This document shows positions 59,987-64,000 of a stretch of DNA of 64,000 nt, in pieces. Made by a program: the position numbers and the translations under genes. Location: the NCBI GenBank assembly GCA_963761335.1, contig CAVXGR010000013.1, positions 325,059 through 389,058 of the forward strand, in the 5' to 3' direction. Under the pieces are notes generated by a model. That model had not been told where the DNA came from and searched no databases. It was given only the letters and a program-made list of their open reading frames with translations. Within the stretch, counting starts at the first letter, position 1. The number at the start of each line of letters is the position of its first letter. The DNA is from an uncultured delta proteobacterium. GTDB lineage: Bacteria > Desulfobacterota > Binatia > HRBIN30 > BPIQ01.

Positions 59987-62900
59987 ATGAAACGCAAGAA
60001 TTACCAGGGGATTCTCGTCGCCTGTCTGGGTATATTCCTGTTGGCCGGGAGTTCTTGGGCGGCCGCTGACCCTGTGTACCTCTGCTTGAAGACCGTCGAC
60101 ACGCAGAGCCGCGTTTATTTCAAGAAGGTCGTCAGCGCCTTGCGCGTCTGCGAGGATCAGGTCGCCAACTCGAGGCTGCCGGCGAACACCGACTGCCAGA
60201 CGGAGACGCGCGCTGCGGCGAAGATCAGCCGGGCAGCCGATAAGCTGACCGAGAAGATCGGCTTGAAATGCACCGACGGCGACGTCACCGCTCTCGATTT
60301 CGGCGCCGACTGCAGCAGCAGCGCTAACGTCAACGACCTCACCACCTGCCTGCAGCAGACGCACTTGGATGCGGCGACCTCGGTGATCGACACCGTCTAC
60401 GATGTCGCCGAGCCGCTTAGCCACGACGCGCGGATCTGCAAGAAGAAGCTCGCCATCGGCGTCACCAAGGTGGTGTTCAAGAAGCTGACCCTGCTGCAGA
60501 AGTGCAACGAGAAGGTCTTTCGCGGCGCGCTGCCCCCGGCGACTGACTGCAATGCCGACCAGAAGCTCGTCTCGACGCTTGCCAAGCTCCTGCCGAAGAC
60601 GGCTGCTTCGGTGGCCAAGAAGTGTCCTGACGACGTGGTGGCGAGCACCAGTTTCGGTGCGTCCTGTGCAGGGTCCGACACCGGCACCACCATTACCGCC
60701 TGCGCCATCTGCCGGCAGACGGATGCGGTGAACCAGATGGCCGCCGTCTTCGGCGCCGCCGGCGGCGCGTCGCACGCGGAGGAGATCACGGATACCGCCG
60801 ACTGCGTCGGCGGCCCGCTGAGCCGCTGCACGCTGAACGACTTCCTGCTGGCCAACGACAAGATCCGTGTCGTCGTCCAGAAGCCGGAGCGGAATCTCTA
60901 CGGCGTCGGCCAGTTCGGCGGCCAGATCATCGACGGCGACATCGTTCGCGAGTCGGGAGATCCCGACCGCGACAACTTCGAGGAGTGGTCGGTGTCCATC
61001 AACATCGAGAACACGGCCCACTACACGGATGTCAGCGTCCTCAACGACGGCAGCGACGGCACCGCGGCGATCGTCCGCGCCACCGGCGTCGACGACCTGC
61101 TCGACTTCCTCAACCCGAGCTCGGTGGTGGCCGGATTCGGGTTCCAGTTCCCGGCGAGCGCCGACGACATCGATCTCCCGGTCACCATCGTGACCGACTA
61201 CATCCTCGAGCCGAACACCGACTACGTGCGGGTCGAGACCACCGTGCAGAACCAGGGGGGCTCGGCGTTGCAGATCTTTTTCGGCGACTTCCTCAACGCC
61301 GCGGGCGAGGTCGATCTGTTCCAGCCCGGCTATGCCTTCGGCGAGCCGCTCACGGTGACCAGCTGCAACCCGGGGGACCATTCCAACCCTTGCAACTTCC
61401 TCGCCTGGCCCGGCAGGGGGGCGGCGACGGGAGTGTCGTACGGCTACGTGCACGAGGTGCCGCATACGACGACTTTTAGCACCAGCGGCGTAACTGTGCC
61501 GCAGCTCGGCACGAACATCCTCTCGGCGCTGATCGGCCTGGCTATGCCGAACTATACGCTGGAGCCCATGGGGCAGCCGGGCGACAGTCGCACGTTCACT
61601 CGCTACTTCGTCGTCGGCAACGGCTCCGTATCGTCGATCACCGACGCGCGCAACCAGATCGACTGCCTGCCGACCGGACACGTCGAAGGAACGGTCACCG
61701 CAGGCGGGGTGCCCGCCGGTGGCGCCCAGGTCGCCGTGATCGGCTCGAACTCAGTAGGTCCCCTGTCCCTGTCGCGCAACGTCGTGACCATCGGCACCAC
61801 CGACTCCTCTGGCCATTACTCGTTCACCCTGAGACCCGACACGTATACCCTGCTCGCCAATCTCGATGGCTATCCGTACCAAGGAGGTGGGACCTCTCCA
61901 GCGCCTGTGGCGATCAAGGTCCCCAACTACGGCACTGTGGACCAGGACTTCGACCTGCCCGCGACTGGCGCCTTGCAGGTCTACGTCCTGGATGAGAACG
62001 GGAGCCCGATCGCCGCCAAGGTATCAGTGGTTGGCTTTGATCCCAGCCCGTTGCCGCTCACCTCGCAGTCGATTGCCGTGGTCAGCAACGTAACCGGAGT
62101 CTTTGCCGACCCGTCCAAGGACGGCTTGCCGTTCGGCATTGCCAAGTCGATCTTTGTCGATCCCAGCGGCGACTCGGGTGTCGTGCCCATCGAGCCGGCC
62201 AGCTATCGCGTCGTCGTCTCCCACGGCCCGGAGTACTCGATCTCCACCAGTGACGTTACGGTGACGGCCGGAAACACGACCGTGGTCAACGCCACCGTCG
62301 AGCACGTGATCGACTCGAGCGGCTTCATTTCCGGCGATTTCCACGTGCATTCGATCCAGAGCCCCGACTCCACCGTCGCCGAGCGGGATCGCGTCGTCAG
62401 CATGCTCGCCGAGGGGGTGGACTTCTTCGCCTCGACCGATCACGACCACCGCGTCGACTTCCAGCCGGTGATCGACGCCCTCGGCGCCTCCAGCCTCATC
62501 TCCACCACCGTGGGTGAGGAGATCACCTCGTTCGATTACGGCCATTTCAACGCTTGGCCGATGGACATCGATCCCAATCAAGTCAACGGCGGCGCCGTCG
62601 ATTTCGGCGGGGCCGCTCCGGCCGGCGAGGATTTTCCCTCGTACGGGAACTACAACTTGAGCCCGGCGCAGATCATCGCCGCGGCCCACGCCGATCCCGG
62701 CCAAGATACCGTGCAGATCAATCACATCCACAGCCACTTCGGTCTCGACGCGGGCTCCGGCCTGGCGATCGACACCGGCGTGGTGCCGCCGCAATCGGCC
62801 GTGCCGGCATCGTCGCGGCGCCTCGATCCGTCGGTTACCAACTTCTTCAGCGACACCTTCGACGCCCTCGAGATCTGGATCGGCGACGATCGCCCGCAGG

Positions 62901-63715
62901 TGCTCACCAACTTCCTTGGGCAGAATGCCGGCGTCTGGTTCAACCTGATGAACCAGGGCATCGTGCGCAGCGGTATCGCCGACTCCGACACCCACAAGCA
63001 GACCATCAGCCCATCCGGGTTCCCGCGCAACATGGTGGCGTCGCCCACGGACGATCCCGGGGCGATCGGCGCCATCGCCGAGACCATCTCGGCCAACGTC
63101 AACGCCGGGCGCAGCTTCGGAACCGACGGCCCGATGGTGCGGGTGACGGCCTACGCCGCCTCGACTGGGGAGACGGCCGGACTGGAGCTGGGTCTGCCGA
63201 CGCAGATCAGTACCACCGACGGGGCCGTGACGATCAACGTCAGCATTCAGAGCCCGACCTGGGCGCAGTTCGACAAGGTCGAGTACTACATCAACACCAC
63301 CACCACGCGCAGCACACTGATGGACCAGGAGACCGGTGCCGGTCCGATCGACGTCAACTTCTACAGCATCACGCCGGACTACGTGCAGACGGCGCCGACG
63401 GATTTCACCATCTCGACGGTGCCGGCGCCCGGCACCTCCTCGAGCCGGCTCGAGGCCACGACCAGCCTCACCCTCTCCGGCCTGACGGAAGACATCTACG
63501 TGGTGGTGATGGTCAAGGGCACCGACGGCGTCTCCCAGCCGCTCTTCCCGGTAATTCCGAACAGTCTGCAGAAGAGCGGCAACACGACGCTCGCCAACCT
63601 GACGGACGGCAACCTCGGCCAGCAGGGCATCCTCGCGCTGGCCTTCACCAACCCGCTGTTCGTCGACGTCGACGGCGGCGGCTGGGATCCGCCCGGCCTG
63701 CAGATCAATCCCTGA
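59987..63715 (+). CDS. Large secreted CehA/McbA-like (PHP-fold) metallohydrolase with Cys-rich N-terminal repeats and Ig-like domains
   Basis: Signal peptide; GDFHVHS..SPDS, STDHD, GHFNAWP, INH, DSDTH metal motifs; carboxypeptidase-regulatory-like beta domains. Confidence 0.8.
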   Translation: MKRKNYQGILVACLGIFLLAGSSWAAADPVYLCLKTVDTQSRVYFKKVVSALRVCEDQVANSRLPANTDCQTETRAAAKISRAADKLTEKIGLKCTDGDVTALDFGADCSSSANVNDLTTCLQQTHLDAATSVIDTVYDVAEPLSHDARICKKKLAIGVTKVVFKKLTLLQKCNEKVFRGALPPATDCNADQKLVSTLAKLLPKTAASVAKKCPDDVVASTSFGASCAGSDTGTTITACAICRQTDAVNQMAAVFGAAGGASHAEEITDTADCVGGPLSRCTLNDFLLANDKIRVVVQKPERNLYGVGQFGGQIIDGDIVRESGDPDRDNFEEWSVSINIENTAHYTDVSVLNDGSDGTAAIVRATGVDDLLDFLNPSSVVAGFGFQFPASADDIDLPVTIVTDYILEPNTDYVRVETTVQNQGGSALQIFFGDFLNAAGEVDLFQPGYAFGEPLTVTSCNPGDHSNPCNFLAWPGRGAATGVSYGYVHEVPHTTTFSTSGVTVPQLGTNILSALIGLAMPNYTLEPMGQPGDSRTFTRYFVVGNGSVSSITDARNQIDCLPTGHVEGTVTAGGVPAGGAQVAVIGSNSVGPLSLSRNVVTIGTTDSSGHYSFTLRPDTYTLLANLDGYPYQGGGTSPAPVAIKVPNYGTVDQDFDLPATGALQVYVLDENGSPIAAKVSVVGFDPSPLPLTSQSIAVVSNVTGVFADPSKDGLPFGIAKSIFVDPSGDSGVVPIEPASYRVVVSHGPEYSISTSDVTVTAGNTTVVNATVEHVIDSSGFISGDFHVHSIQSPDSTVAERDRVVSMLAEGVDFFASTDHDHRVDFQPVIDALGASSLISTTVGEEITSFDYGHFNAWPMDIDPNQVNGGAVDFGGAAPAGEDFPSYGNYNLSPAQIIAAAHADPGQDTVQINHIHSHFGLDAGSGLAIDTGVVPPQSAVPASSRRLDPSVTNFFSDTFDALEIWIGDDRPQVLTNFLGQNAGVWFNLMNQGIVRSGIADSDTHKQTISPSGFPRNMVASPTDDPGAIGAIAETISANVNAGRSFGTDGPMVRVTAYAASTGETAGLELGLPTQISTTDGAVTINVSIQSPTWAQFDKVEYYINTTTTRSTLMDQETGAGPIDVNFYSITPDYVQTAPTDFTISTVPAPGTSSSRLEATTSLTLSGLTEDIYVVVMVKGTDGVSQPLFPVIPNSLQKSGNTTLANLTDGNLGQQGILALAFTNPLFVDVDGGGWDPPGLQINP

Positions 63716-63739
63716 GTCGGGTTCGGGATCGAAAGGGAT

Positions 63740-63780
63740 GAGCCCCTCCCGCCGAGGATCGGCGGGAGGGGCTCGTTTTT
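63740..63780 (+). terminator. Rho-independent terminator
   Basis: 16-bp stem GAGCCCCTCCCGCCGA/TCGGCGGGAGGGGCTC followed by GTTTTT. Confidence 0.85.
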
Positions 63781-63891
63781 CTGCTCCAACACGCGCAGAC
63801 ACGGCGCGCCAGCCGGTCCCGCTTGCTTGGTCGCTACCTTGCCCTCCCCCCGAGCCTGTGGTACCGAAAACCCCTCGCCGCACCACCCAAC

Positions 63892-63965
63892 GGTCGCATA
63901 GCTCAGTTGGTTAGAGCGCCTGCCTCACATGCAGGAGGTCCGTGGTTCGAGTCCACGTGCGACCA
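63892..63965 (+). tRNA. tRNA-Val (anticodon CAC), 3' CCA not encoded
   Basis: Acceptor GGTCGCA/TGCGACC, D-arm GCTC/GAGC, anticodon arm CCTGC-CTCACAT-GCAGG, T-arm CGTGG-TTCGAGT-CCACG. Confidence 0.96.
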
Positions 63966-64000
63966 TTCCGTTTCTTCCTCCAATTCCAATAGCTTATCGT

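Overview
High-GC bacterial chromosomal window spanning the replication origin. The gene content suggests a deltaproteobacteria-like lineage such as Candidatus Binatia, which is inference only. Centre: dnaA-oriC-dnaN-gyrB-gyrA, with no recF and no divergent rpmH, and with DnaA boxes, DnaA-trios and an AT-rich tract visible. Left arm (mostly minus strand): cbpA/DnaJ, MerR-type modulator, sucA, sucB, saccharopine dehydrogenase-like, ggt, pyrE, lipoprotein, Smr, bioB, typA, plus a secreted FG-GAP/ASPIC protein. Right arm: second ggt, beta-helix lipoprotein, SDR-PAS-MBL module, a DUF35/thiolase/acyl-CoA dehydrogenase lipid cluster, NUDIX, TPR-exbB-exbD, DedA, DUF72, PduO, MBL, PadR, a MoxR/Bat operon, tRNA-binding protein, long-chain acyl-CoA ligase, ccmABCD, SDR, mtgA, WS/DGAT, a large secreted PHP-type metallohydrolase and tRNA-Val(CAC). 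No CRISPR array, transposase, integrase or phage gene was found. The most unusual signals are non-coding: at least six families of palindromic or short-tandem repeats, including two GTAG-REP-like families. One element is nested three layers deep, one family supplies stop codons to convergent genes, and one is translated inside the N-termini of two Bat proteins. Protein-level oddities are a Cys-to-Ser thiolase paired with DUF35, a degenerate PaaK-like protein, and an exactly duplicated six-cysteine 118-aa domain. Three apparent single-base indels may be assembly errors. All calls come from motif recognition by eye; no database searches were run.
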